Shown here one piece after another: positions 1 through 12,000 of a DNA stretch of 64,000 bases; within the stretch, counting starts at the first letter, position 1, and each line of letters starts with the position of its first letter. Under the pieces are notes generated by a model. It was given only the letters and a program-made list of their open reading frames with translations, made no database searches and was not told the DNA's origin. This stretch comes from Lama guanicoe (Eukaryota), in NCBI GenBank assembly GCA_013239625.1, contig MU054323.1, forward strand, positions 19,052,819 through 19,116,818. Direction: 5' to 3'. The translations under genes and the position numbers were made by a program.

Positions 1-1329
1 TGGCTGAGTCTTCTCTGCTTTTTTTCCCTTTACTCAGAAGAAGTGCCATCACAGAACATAGATCAAAGTTCTGTGGTGGACTTGCGCTACGGGGATTGAG
101 CCTTTGTGATTACCACAAAGGCAACAGATGGAAAACATCACTCTCTAAATACCTCTTACTGTGAAAAATCCTCTTCCTGTGCACCATGTGAAAAAAAAAT
201 AGACATTTTCTAAAATAATGTCCTTAATTTCCTACAGAGAATGAATCACATCAACAAAAAGGTTTTATCACTATCAGGAGAGATGAAACAAAAACTATTT
301 CATCTGCTAGAAAATGGGATGTCGGCCAGGCACTATAACATACAGAATGTAATTGAATTGTAATCCCCCCACCTGCCTCTTTAATGCATCACTCGATTCA
401 GTTGCGGTAATGTAGACAATTGGTCGCCATTTCTATTGAAAGCATGACTGGTAAACATCATTATCTTTCTGTTTGAAGTAATCGTTATATTTGAAATTAT
501 CCTATGTACTGATTTTTATTTCTTAGCGCAACCTGTATACTGAAATGACTGAAAATTTAAATTTAAAAACTAAACCATCAAAAATCACAATACTCCCCCC
601 TCCCCTTTTTTTTCCTCTTTGGCAAGAGAGAACCTTGTTTCCATTAGGCTTTCTTCTCTGGTATGACATAGGCGTGTATACCATGCCTCAGGTTATAAAA
701 GCAGGTGATTTTAAACAATGTTGCAAGTCTTTAATCCAGCCCTCTTACTTTGTGAAGACCTTTAGCTACCAGAGGGACTGAGATGGACATGTGATAGATG
801 CAAAGTGAGCTTTGGATGTGAAATCTAGAGGCCTGGGTGCAGTTGTCTGTGAATTTATAAAAGTCGTTTAAAAGTGGTTTCACTTCCTCGCCTCTTAATG
901 GACTGTGGTAAAATTTCCTATCTGACCAACCTAATAGCGTCATTTGAACCAACGAAGACTTGTATCTGGCAGCTAAGAACAGAGGTGTAGGCTAGACTCA
1001 AGAAAAGGAATAAAGATCTCTGGAAAAGTCAAAGAATCGTATCAATATAAACAATATTATGAGGATGCCACAGTTCCAAGGCAGCATGTTTGCCAAATAT
1101 GATTAAGATCCCACAGGGAGGGGATAGAGCTACTCAGACCCTCAAAATGCTACTACTTTTCAAGTCTCTCACTTTGCTGCTGACCAAAATACGAACATGT
1201 GCCTTCTAGTGCCCTGTGATGTTACTTGTTCTCTGAAAGCTATGTAACTACGAGAAGAGACGCTTCTTCCTAGCCTGGCTCAGAGTTGAGGGGAGAACGG
1301 AGGGTCTTACTCTCGGAGTTACAAATAAC

Positions 1330-1810
1330 ACAAAGCCCTTTGTGATCTGTCCCCTTTTTCCTTCCTATTCTCTATCCAATCTCATTCCCTGAGTCCAGAC
1401 ACACTGCCCTTCACTTCCTCAAAAATTCCAGACATCTTTTGCTGCTGGGCCCCAGGCATGGCTTTCTCTTGGTCTGGAGCACTCTCCCCGCTTTCTCGTG
1501 TTCCCTGCTAACTGTGACTCAGACGCCACATCCCGGCTCGGGCACTGCTTCCCCTAGCACGCCGTGTCCTGGGTGCTGAGTTAGATAATTCCTCCACGTG
1601 CCGCTGAGCAGCTCCCGATTTTATTATCACAGACTCTGGAACATTTAGTATACTTACTGGATTGACATTCTCTTACCTCTTCCAATAGAAATGTAAGTTC
1701 TTTAAAGGCAAGGTTTGCATCTGCTAGGCCAGGGATACCGCTGTGTTTCCAGCGCCAGCATAGTTCTAGGCACGTGGAAGGTATTTGGTACATGCTTGTT
1801 GATTGTGTGA
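1330..1810 (+). mobile_element. L2 LINE 3' fragment (ancient, decayed)
   Basis: L2-tail-like phrases 'gtaagttctttaaaggcaagg' and 'ccagcatagttctaggcacgtggaaggtatttggtacatgcttgttgattg'; recalled L2 consensus. Confidence 0.7.
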
Positions 1811-2306
1811 TGAAGGGGGCAGTGACTGACTGCCTGCTCCTACATTCTGCTCATGCGGTTTTCGTGGCTCAGTTCTACTGTCCCAGAAACTGCAGAGACC
1901 CGCTCCTTTGTTGACACAGCCATGTCCTGACTATATTTGCCCCTCTGCTTGCTGCTGAGTGAAATGGGTCATGAAGTCATGCTTCAGCTATAACCCAGTT
2001 CTGTATGAGAAATCAGGGAGAAACCAGCAGCTGTAGCTGAGCCGATAGGCAGTGCCAGAGGCCAAAGAGGGTGAAGAGATAGATTAGTATAAGGAATAAG
2101 TGTGTATTTCCATAGATCACAAGCTAGGAGAAAACAGGAAGAATTTAGAAGGCTATTTTGGGGCTGGTAAACTCAACAGATTATCACACAAATGAACAGA
2201 GGGACATCACATCTTCCAATAATAGGGTTCTTTGTTCTTATCTTTGGTGGTGGCTCAAAGCAAAAGTTTTTCTGTGGGGACCAAAGAAGTTACTTGTCCA
2301 TTCCTT

Positions 2307-2800
2307 GTGCTAAGTTGTGTCCTCTAGGACCAGAGCCTGACATGAGACTTTTTATGCAAGTGATTTAGTGAGGCAATGCCCTCAGGTGAAACCTCCAAGG
2401 GAGCAAGAGAAGAGACAAGGAATTTGGTCAAAGGTGAGGGCTCAGCTGAAGCCCATAGTCGCTCTGCTCCCAGGTGAGCTCTGGAGTATGAGTGTAAAGC
2501 AATGCCCCACGTGGATAAGGAACTGACCTTTCATACTCCATATCAATTAACCATGAGCTGTAGGCTACCTTTTGTGCAGAAAGGGTCATTTTCCAGGTAT
2601 ATCAGGCCAGGTGGCAATTCTGAGGAGACAAGTGAATCAGCACTCAACTTTGGTTGGGCCAAGCGTGGATCAGGCCAGGGAGAGGGCAGTGACCGGGGCT
2701 CCAAGCCTATCTGCATCTGCAGCCCCAGAAACAGCAGTGTTGCAGGGCCATGCCAGCTAATCCAGAAAATGCTCTGAACCTCCTCATAGCAGTATCGTAC
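2307..2800 (-). mobile_element. ERVL solo LTR, LTR16-like
   Basis: 'cagagcctgacatgagac...tgcaagtgatttagtgagg...gagctctggag' resembles the reverse complement of LTR16-family LTRs; similar layout to 5028-5450. Confidence 0.6.
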
Positions 2801-3269
2801 CCAAATAGTGTCTGTTCTTTTGACCGTGCCATTTCTTAACGTTTGAAACTTTGGAAAATAAGAGTCAAACTAGTTTAATGTTACTTAAAGGAAAAAAGTA
2901 TACTTTTGGCATCTTTAGATTCCTGCTAAAATTAAGTTCTATGAATGTGAGCTCTATCAAATTTGTCTTGAACTAGTCCAAGAAGAATATGAGGGAAAAA
3001 GTTCAAACCATAGCAAATGAGATTAAGTTTAGACATTGGAAAGAAAAAGTATTCTTTTATTAAACTCGAGGGCTTACTCTCTCTCATGAAGGATTGTTGT
3101 GGAATTACTTTCATAGAAGATTTTTGAAAGTAGGAAGTATCTACATTTTCAAGATTTCAAGCTTAATTACCTTTTAATTCCATTCTCTATTTATGCCTCT
3201 CTGAATGAGAATGTGAAGGAGTTAAATGCGAGTCTCTCATCAGGCCCTCTGTGCATTTAACTGTCTCCT

Positions 3270-3420
3270 AAAGAGAGTATAATACAGTGAAATAAGCACT
3301 GAATAGGACATCCAGGCTGTGATGCTACTAAATTAACTGGCCTTTTAACGGTAACTTAACCCCTCTAAAATCAATTTTTTTCTAATGTAAGGTGATGAAG
3401 ATGAACAACACAATCTTTCT
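3270..3420 (+). mobile_element. MIR-family SINE remnant
   Basis: 'aataagcactgaatagga...gctactaaattaactgg...taacttaacccctctaaaatcaatttttttctaatgtaa' matches the MIR core layout. Confidence 0.5.
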
Positions 3421-3977
3421 GACTTTTTTCAATAGCTTGTGCTTTTATTTATTTGGTTAAAAAAATGAATGAATTATAAAACGCATGCCCTTGAGTTGTC
3501 GCTTCTAATATAGCACAGTTTTTTTCAGGTAATGAATGTATTGTCCGTATTTAATGAATAACTCATCTCTTCCTCATTTGAAATGCCAAAATATAAAGTT
3601 AGTGATTATAATTTTTTCAGTTTCTGGCTCTCTCTTTCATTCATTGATTTATTTTCAGTTACCTACTATATGTCAGTCACTGTATTAAGTGCTGATTTAT
3701 CTGTCAATTATAGCAGTTTCACAGTGTTAGAACTATTTCATAGCACATTTTCATGGAAGAATAAATTCTCCTTAACTATATTTCATTTTCAGTGTTTTAT
3801 TGGCTAATGTTACCTGTTTATCACACCAAATGACGAGCCATTGTGTCAATTTTTAAAATCTCATTTAGAATTTTATTTAGACTTCAAGCAGCGTTCTTAA
3901 TTTCCTAGAATATTCCAACAAATTTCTAGTTCTCATTCCTTCCGAGTAGGGTCTGTTTGTATTTTAGAATATATTCT

Positions 3978-4212
3978 TGGGAGTTTGAGATTTGCAAGTG
4001 TTAACCACTATATGTAAAAATAGATTAAAAAACATTTCTGTATAGCACAGGAAACTATATTTAATGTCTTGCAATAACCTTTAATGAAAAAGTATATGCA
4101 AACAAATATATATATGTGTGTGTGTGTGTACATATATATAAACATGACAGGGACATTATGCTGTGCACCAGAACTGACACATTGTAACTGCCTGTACTTC
4201 AATTAACAAAAA
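3978..4212 (+). mobile_element. 5'-truncated young L1 3' end (cetartiodactyl/camelid type) with TSD
   Basis: 'ctgtatagcacaggaaactatatt...gctgtgcaccagaactgacacattgtaactgcctgtacttcaat' plus a short A tail; TSD tagaatatatt (3965-3975) / tagactatatt (4213-4223). Confidence 0.85.
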
Positions 4213-4549
4213 TAGACTATATTTATATATTTTCTTTTCTGCTCACATTGGAAGATACATATTACATCTTGGAGTTCGTTTTTAACACTTTCAAAATTGT
4301 GTGATGTGTAGCTACATGATATTGGTATGAGGTTGTAGAAATTCCTGAATTTCAGTTTAAAATGGGGCTCGTTCTCTGTGATTGGTTCATTTTATTGTTT
4401 CATTTCAGTGTGACTGAGTAGGTTTAGGTAAATGCATATTTACCTGACCATCCTTCCTGTGAAGTTCATTTGCTCTCTGTGAAGTGCATACATAGCATAG
4501 GCGCTAGCAGTAGACCAAAAAATCCATTTTTCCTTTTAGTTTGGTCCAA

Positions 4550-4880
4550 TCTAGACTGCCTTTTCCAGCCTCCCTTCCAGGTAAGTGACTGAGTCAGGAC
4601 AATGGAAAGTGAAGTGAGGTCTGCAATTTTTAGGCTGCTGCTTTTAAAAAGTGTGAGTGTCGCCCACCCTCTGCTCTCTTCTCCATTCTGCTGCCCCCAG
4701 GATACAATGTCCTAGGGGCTGGGGAAGATGCACTATGAGAGGAATGCTGAGTCACCACAAAAAGATCCCCCATCTATTCTTTCATGGGAAAAGAAAGAAA
4801 AAACAACTCATAGTGTGTGAGTCATGATGATGTATCAGGTTTTGTTGTTCTTTAATCACAAACCAGCCTCCCTTAATAAT
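4550..4880 (+). mobile_element. MaLR LTR (old MLT1, H/J-like)
   Basis: 'ttttccagcctccctt...gtgactgagtcaggacaatggaaagtgaagtg' and an MLT1-like 3' end. Confidence 0.6.
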
Positions 4881-5027
4881 GCCATTTTCTAATCCTCCAA
4901 CCGTATTTAACTCAAGGCACTGTGGTTTCTATTACAAAGAAAATTTATTTTAAAATTATAGATGACATACCATTTAAAACTCCATGAACAGTGTTCTTTC
5001 TGTGCTGAGAATTAGAGTATGATATAG

Positions 5028-5450
5028 TGTCCTAGACTGGGTTTCCTGGAATCAGACTCTGAGATGAACTGTGTGAAGAGGGTTTATCGGGAGAGAACAC
5101 CTGTGAGGAAGTGAGGCGCGCAGGGTTGGGTATAGAGAGAAGCTGTCCCACAAGGTGACAGCAGGGTGATGGCTGAGTCTGGGTCCTGTAAAGGACTCTG
5201 GAGCTGGGATGGCCTTTGGTGTTGTCTCAGATTGAGGCATGGGAGACAGGCCTTTCTATTTCCACGTGAGCCATCGGCCATGAGCAGCTCCCTAGGAGGG
5301 GTCATGACCTTGTGGAAAACAGTTTTGTGTGGCTCAGGACATGTCCAGTGAGGGAAAAAGCAGAGTGCTGTCAGTGTCTGAAATTCCCAGCAGTTAAGTT
5401 CATTGACACTTGAAGACAGTGTTGGGGAGAGGGGCGCACTATCCAGCACA
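5028..5450 (-). mobile_element. ERVL solo LTR, LTR16C-like
   Basis: 'tgtcctagactgggtttcctggaatcagactctgagatg...ctctggagctgggatggcc...catgaccttg' is the reverse complement of the recalled LTR16C consensus. Confidence 0.8.
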
Positions 5451-5664
5451 TAAAGGCGCTCAGATTATCATTTGCTGCAAAATTCTTTTTAAGAATCCAG
5501 TTTGCAATTTAATAAACAGTAATAAATTAGTACCTTAATAAATAAAACTTTCTTGTTAGAAGGGATTTGATTATGTCACTGTTCTCCAATGTATGGGGGC
5601 AGGATACGGACAATATCCGTCAGTCATTTAGAAAGAAAATGAGTGGGTATAAACTACTTTCATA

Positions 5665-5878
5665 CAGACACGCCTCATTCTATTGTGCTTTGCTTTGCTG
5701 CGCTTTGTAGACTCTGTGTGTTTTAACAAATTGAAGGTTTGTGGGAACCCTGGGAAGAGCAAGTCTTTTGGCACCATTTTTCCAACAGCATTTGCTCACT
5801 TGGTGTCTCTCTGTCACATTTTGGTTAATTCTCACAATATTTCAAGCTATTTCATTATTATGTATAGCTATTATGTAA
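5665..5878 (+). mobile_element. Tigger1 (TcMar) terminal fragment
   Basis: TA at 5663-5664, then 'cagacacgcctcattctattg...acaaattgaaggtttgtgggaaccctg...ccatttttccaacagcatttgctcactt', a close match to the Tigger1 terminus. Confidence 0.9.
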
Positions 5879-6142
5879 GTAATTAATACAAACTAGTAGA
5901 ACAGTTAGCATAAAGGAGAGTACATGTATATCATTTATAACTCTTTGATTTATCATAATACCTCCTATTTCATAGAGTTTTGTATAGACTCGAAGATGAA
6001 ACCAGTCGTAACATTAGGCAAGAAAAATATGCTGTTGGAAAAACTTCTAAGATATATGCTCTTTAAAAAGAGTCCAGAATGACACATAAATTTGTCATAA
6101 TAGATGTCTGTTGCTTTGGAATTTCTTTAACCTAAGGTATTC

Positions 6143-6145
<3 letters not shown>

Positions 6146-6190
<45 letters not shown>
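6146..6190. repeat. Compound microsatellite (TG)17 followed by (AT)5
   Basis: Directly visible. Confidence 0.97.
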
Positions 6191-6519
6191 GTAGGCTGTC
6201 CTCAGTTGCATTACTTGGTGTTTGACACAGTAAGAAAAATAACACAGATTTATTTACTTGGGAATATCTTTCTTCCTTGGGATATATAATATATTTTATT
6301 ACTTTGCAACAAATATGAAATAGAAGTCATTCTTCTAAAGACAGATGTTTGCTTCACTTATACTGGGTTTGTGCTCTGTATATAAGAGATAACACAATGT
6401 CTTTTTCTTTCAATGTCCAGTCACAGGATAATCATTCTGAAGACTTAAGTAACAATTAAATTCAGTATGCACAGAACCATCAAGGCACATAACTTGAAAT
6501 CATTAAACTAAGAGTAAGT

Positions 6520-6604
6520 GTCTGACTGTAAATGTGAAATGCATCCTGATTTGGAAAGTACTAAAATTCTTTAAAAGTGCATTTTAGAATTGATGAAATA
6601 TAGT
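6520..6604 (-). mobile_element. MER104-like (TcMar-Tc2) fragment
   Basis: 'atgcatcctgatttgg...aaagtgcattttagaattgatgaaatatagt' resembles the reverse complement of the MER104 terminus (CCGTATTTCATCGATTCTAAGATGCAC). Confidence 0.55.
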
Positions 6605-8200
6605 GTGTTACTGTAAGATGTTAGTGTTTTATCAACTATACATGTACATGATGGATATGCACATTAAAAACATTTTGGAGAGCTCTGACTTAAGTTGCCA
6701 GGGGAAATGGCACATTTCTCTAGCCCATTTAAAGACTTTAAAAAATAAGAACCCACTTGATATAAAATAAGGCAGAACTAACAAGGATCCCAGAATTTAT
6801 GAAATCCTATTTTTTCCAGAGAATTTCATATACCTTTGTGTGTTGGAATCACTCTGATACACCATCTCATTATTGCTTGTCTTCATAAGCTTTGCTACCC
6901 GTTGTCTAACAAAGCTTGAAAATCTATCTGTTGCCTACTTTCCTACTTGTTTCTTACTTGTTCTGTCCATCATAGATTCTTGACATCAAATTACATGTGA
7001 ATAACAAGCTATACTGTCAGTTTTAAAATATCGCAATTCTGTAAGTTTTAGAACCTAATGGCCAAACTTCATTTGTATTAATTGATTGACATATATTTCG
7101 TTTACTTGAACTAAGTTTTCCTTTTGCCTCTGGCTTAAATTTTTTAAAAATAAAACTTCTAATTAAAGGAAAATGTATATACAAGAGGAGATTACAAGGC
7201 TTCAGTGTTTGCAAGCTCATGAAACAAAAAATACCTTTTTTGATTTAAAAAATATTCTGTAAAATAACTTCCCTACTTTGCTTATTGTTAACTATGTTAA
7301 ATAAAAGTATAAACACCTGTTAGTAACAGAAAGTAGAGAAGATCTAAATTATTCTCTAATTCAAAATTCCCTCAAAGACACGATTTTACATAACTATTCA
7401 GCAGGGAGGTTTTTTCCTCGGAATGTTTAAATTGGTTCCAGAGCATGTCAGAAACGCTCAGTTCCTCCATAATCTCACCCTGGCAATGAAGTAAACAGTA
7501 TTTTTCAGTTCGACTGGCACCTTCAAGCCCCGGGCTCACAAATTGTAATTAAATACTATTTAAAAGACTCATCTCACAGTTTACTCATGGGAAGAAGCCC
7601 ATCTTATTTCAATTCCATTCCTTAAAAAAGCCTCCCACACTATCACTGAATAGTGTTCAAAGGTCATGACTGAAGTAAGCACCTACCTTGTTTTGTAGGT
7701 GACTCCTGCTACCAAGTCATCACCATATTCCTAAATTACTTCACCAGCTTCATTTCCCAGAGACTTGCTCATCACACCTTCTGTACTCCAGAGCAGATTT
7801 CAGACTCTGTCTCTTTGAAAAGTCCTCCCAGTATTAAATAGTAATAAATACAGACTCTCAACACGAGTACCTGGCTTGGCAATTTAATCTTCCAGCTGCA
7901 TGGCTATTAATCTCCCCAAATGCATGCCAATAACTGTTTTGATGCTATCAATGATGTAACGATTTCAAACATTATGTGGAGTAAACGCATACAGAGTTAG
8001 GCAGAAATCTCAAGTGAAATTAAGTGAAACTAGATTTTGTTTTTAAGAGAAGAAGAAAATCTTACCAAACAAAAGACAAAAGCAGAAGCAGTAGGATTAA
8101 AATATGTTTTATTACAACTCTAAGAATCAGTAAACAGAGGTAAAAGCACATAAAGTGCACGGACTTGGTTGCACAAAATGTTCCTTTCAAGTGTTCCCTC

Positions 8201-9040
8201 TTTTTTTTCAGCTTTATTGAGGTATAGTTGACAAATGTAATTGTAGTGATGTGTACACCATGATTTAATACACATATACATTATGGAAAAATTACAATCA
8301 TGGAGTTAACACATCCAGCACCTCATTTATTTGTTTATTTTTGGTGAGAACATTTAAGTTCTACTCTCTTAGCAAATTTCAGTTAATGATGTAGTATTAA
8401 CTATAGTCATCACGTTATACGCTAGATCCTCAGAGCTTATTCATCCTATAACACAGCTTACGTGTCTCTCCCTACTTCTCCTCCCCCCACCCCCCACCCC
8501 TGTCCCTGGCAACCACCATTCAAATCTGTTTCCATGAATTTTTTGACTATTTTTTCTCACCTACAAGTGATACCATGGAGCATTTGGCTTTCTTTGCCTG
8601 ACTGACTTCACTTAGCATCATGATAAGTGAATTCAGGCTATATATATATATGGCATTACATTTATCTATTTGTCTGTGGACACCGGCATTTAGGTTGGCT
8701 CCAGGCCTTGACTATTGTGAATAGTGCTGCTGCGTATGTGGGAGTACAGATACCTCTTTGAAATAGTGATTTCGTTTTCTTTAAATATATATCCAGTAGT
8801 GAGATTGCTGGATCACATGGTAGTTCTATTTTAATTTCTTGAGAAGCCTCCGTATTATTTTCCATAGTGGTTGTACCAGTTTTCATTCCCACCAGCAGTG
8901 TATAAAGGTTCCCTTTTCTTATATCCTCCCCAGCATTTATCTCTTGTCTTTTTGATAGTAGACATCGTAAAGGCATGAGGTAATAACACATTGTAGTTTT
9001 GGTTTCTATTTCCCTGATAATTAATGATGTTGAGTACCTT
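8201..9040 (-). mobile_element. L1 (L1MA9-like) 3'UTR and ORF2 C-terminus
   Basis: T tract plus 'gctttattgaggtatagttgacaa'; ORF 8662..8991 ([17 protein letters not shown]...ICTPTYAAALFTIVKAWSQPKC) is homologous to the L1 ORF2 C-terminus. Confidence 0.92.
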
Positions 9041-12000
9041 TTTTTTTATTTACTTTTCTTAAGATAAGATTGACAGACAGCATTATGTAAGTTTAAGGTG
9101 TACAGCATGTTGATTTGGTAAGTTTAAATATCACAATATGATTATTACTGTAGTGTAAGCTAGCACCTGTGTTATGTCAAGTAACTATCATTTAATTTTT
9201 GTAGTGGGAACAATGAATATTTATTCTCTTAGCAGCTGTACCCTTAAACAACATCTTCCCAATTCCTCTAACCCCCAGCCCCTGGTAACCACCATTCTAC
9301 TCTGTTTTTGTAAGTTTGGCTTTTTAGATTACACAGATAAGTGATATCATACACTATTTGTGTCTCTCTGACTTATCTCACTTAGCATAATGCCCTCAAG
9401 TTCCATCCATGTTGTCACAAATGGCAGAATTTCCTTCTTTATCATGGGTGAATAATATTCCATTATGCATGTGTATGTGTAATATATATATATATATTTA
9501 TATGATGTCTTATTTATCCATTCACCTATATACAGACACTTAGGTTGTTTCCATATATAGGCTATTGTGAATAATACTGCAATGCAACAAATATAGGAGT
9601 ACATGTACCTTTTGAATACTGTTTACATTTCCTTTGGATAAATGCCGAGGAGTAGAATTTCTAGATCAAATGATAGTTATAGTTTTAATTTTTTGAGAAA
9701 GCTCCGTAATGCCTGAGACAATCTCAATCTCAACAGGAGTGTAAACATGTTCCCTTTTTTCCACTTCCCTGCTAACTCTTGTTATCTCTTGTCTTTTTGA
9801 TAATAGCCATTCTAATGGATGTGAGGTGATAGCTCATTGTGGTTTTGATTTGCATTTTCCTGATAAATAGTGATGGTGACCACCTCTTCATGTACCTGTT
9901 AGCCATTTGTATATCTTTTTTGGAAAAATGTCTGAGTCTATTTAGATGCTTTGCCCACTTTTTAATTGGCCTACTGCTTTTTTGCTGTTGAGTTGTATGA
10001 GTTCTCTGTATAGGTTGGATATTAACCCATTATGACATATGTGGTTTGCAGATATTTTATCCTGTTCCATAAAATGCCTGCTCATTTTGTTGATGGTTTT
10101 CTTTGCTGTGCAGAAGCTTTTTTAATTTGGTGTAGTCCCATTTGTGAATTTTTGGTTTTATTGCCTTTGCTTTTGGTGTCAAATCCAAATAATCATGCCA
10201 AGACCAATGTCAAGGAATTTACCCCCTGTGTTTTCTTATACAAGGTTTATGGTTTCAGGTCTTCAGTTTAAGTCTTCAGTCCATTTTCAGGTGATTATCT
10301 GTGTACAGGGTAAAATAGGGGCCCAGTTTTGTTCTTTTGCATGTGGATATCAAGTTTCTCAGCAACATTTATTGAAGAGGCTATCCTTTTTCCATCATAT
10401 ATGCTTAACTCCTTTGTTGGAAATCAATTGACCGTGGATGCCTGGGTTTACTTCTGGACTCTGTAGTTTGTTCCATTGAACAATGTAACTGTTTCTACAC
10501 CAAACCCATTTTGTTTTGATTACTACAGCTTTGTAACACAGTTTGAAATCAGGAAGAGTGGTGTCTCCAGTTTTGTCCTTCTTTCTCAGTATTACTTTGT
10601 CTCTTCAGAATCTTCTGTGATTCCATACAAATCTTAGGATTGATTTTTCTATTTCTGTGAAAAATGCCATTGGAATTTTTTATAGGGATTATATTAAATC
10701 TGTAGATAGCTTTGAGTAGTATGGACATTTTAGCAATATTAATTCTTCCAGCTCATGAACACAGAATATCTATGTTTTTGCATCTTCTTCAGTTTCTTTA
10801 ATCAAAGTTATATGTATATTTTATGGTACATATCTTTCATCTCCTTGGTTACATTTATTACTAAAGTATTTTAATTTTTGATGACATTATAAACAAGATT
10901 TTTTCTTAATTTCTTTTTCAGATAGTTCATTACTGTAGTATAGAAACAGAACTGAGACTTACATGTTGATTTTGTATCCTGCACTTTACTGAATTCATTT
11001 ATTCTAACAGGCTTTTGGTGGAATCTTTAGGTTTTTTTTAATGTATAATAGCATGTCCTCTGCAAACAGTTACTGTCTAACTTCTTTCTTTTCAATTTGG
11101 ATGCCTTTTATTTCTTTTTCTGGCTTAATTTCTTCCAGTACTATGTTGAATAAATGAGGTAGGAGTCTGGGCATTGGTATGTTGTTCTTGAACTTAGAGG
11201 AAAACTTTAAGCTTTTCACCACTATGATGTTAGCTGTGGACTTGTCATATACAGCCTTCATTATGTTGAGGGAAATTCCTTGTTTGCTCAGTTTGGTGAG
11301 AGGTTTTTATCATGAAATAACGTTGAATTTTCTCAAAAGTTTTTTCTGCATTTATTGAAATAATCACATGATTTTTATAGTTCAGTTTGTTAATACAATG
11401 TATCACATTTATAGATTTATGTATCTTGAACCATCCTTGCATCCTAAAAATAAATCCCACTTGATCATGACATATGATCCTTTTAATGTACTGCTGAATA
11501 TGAGTTGCTGGTATTTTGTGGGTTTGTTTTTTGTTTGTTTTTTTGATTTGCTGGTATTTTGTTGAGAACTTCTGCAACTATGTTTATTAATATTGGCCTT
11601 TTTTTCTTGTAGGGTCCTTGTTTAACTTTAGTATCAGTGTAATCCTGGCCGTATAAAATGAGTTTGCATGTATTATGTTTTATTTTTGGGAAGAGTTTGG
11701 TAAGGGTTGGCATTAATTCTTCTTTCAGTCTTTGGTAGAATGAACGAATAAAGCCACCAGATCCTGGGCTTTTATTTGCTGGGATTATTGATTTAATCCC
11801 CTTTCTCAATACCGGTATGTTCAGATTTCCTATTTCTTCATAACCCAGTCTTAGTAGGTAGTATGTTGCTAGGAACTTACCTATTTCTTCTAGGTTTCCA
11901 ATTTGTTGGCATGTAATTGTTCCTTGTAGACTCATAATTTTTAAATTTTTGTGTTACTGGTTTTAATGTCTCTTCTTCCATCTCTGATTTTTTAAAAAAA

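Noticed and set aside
41..129. H/ACA snoRNA (two hairpins followed by ACA at 124-126)
   Set aside because: No ANANNA hinge box, too short, and no pseudouridylation pockets.
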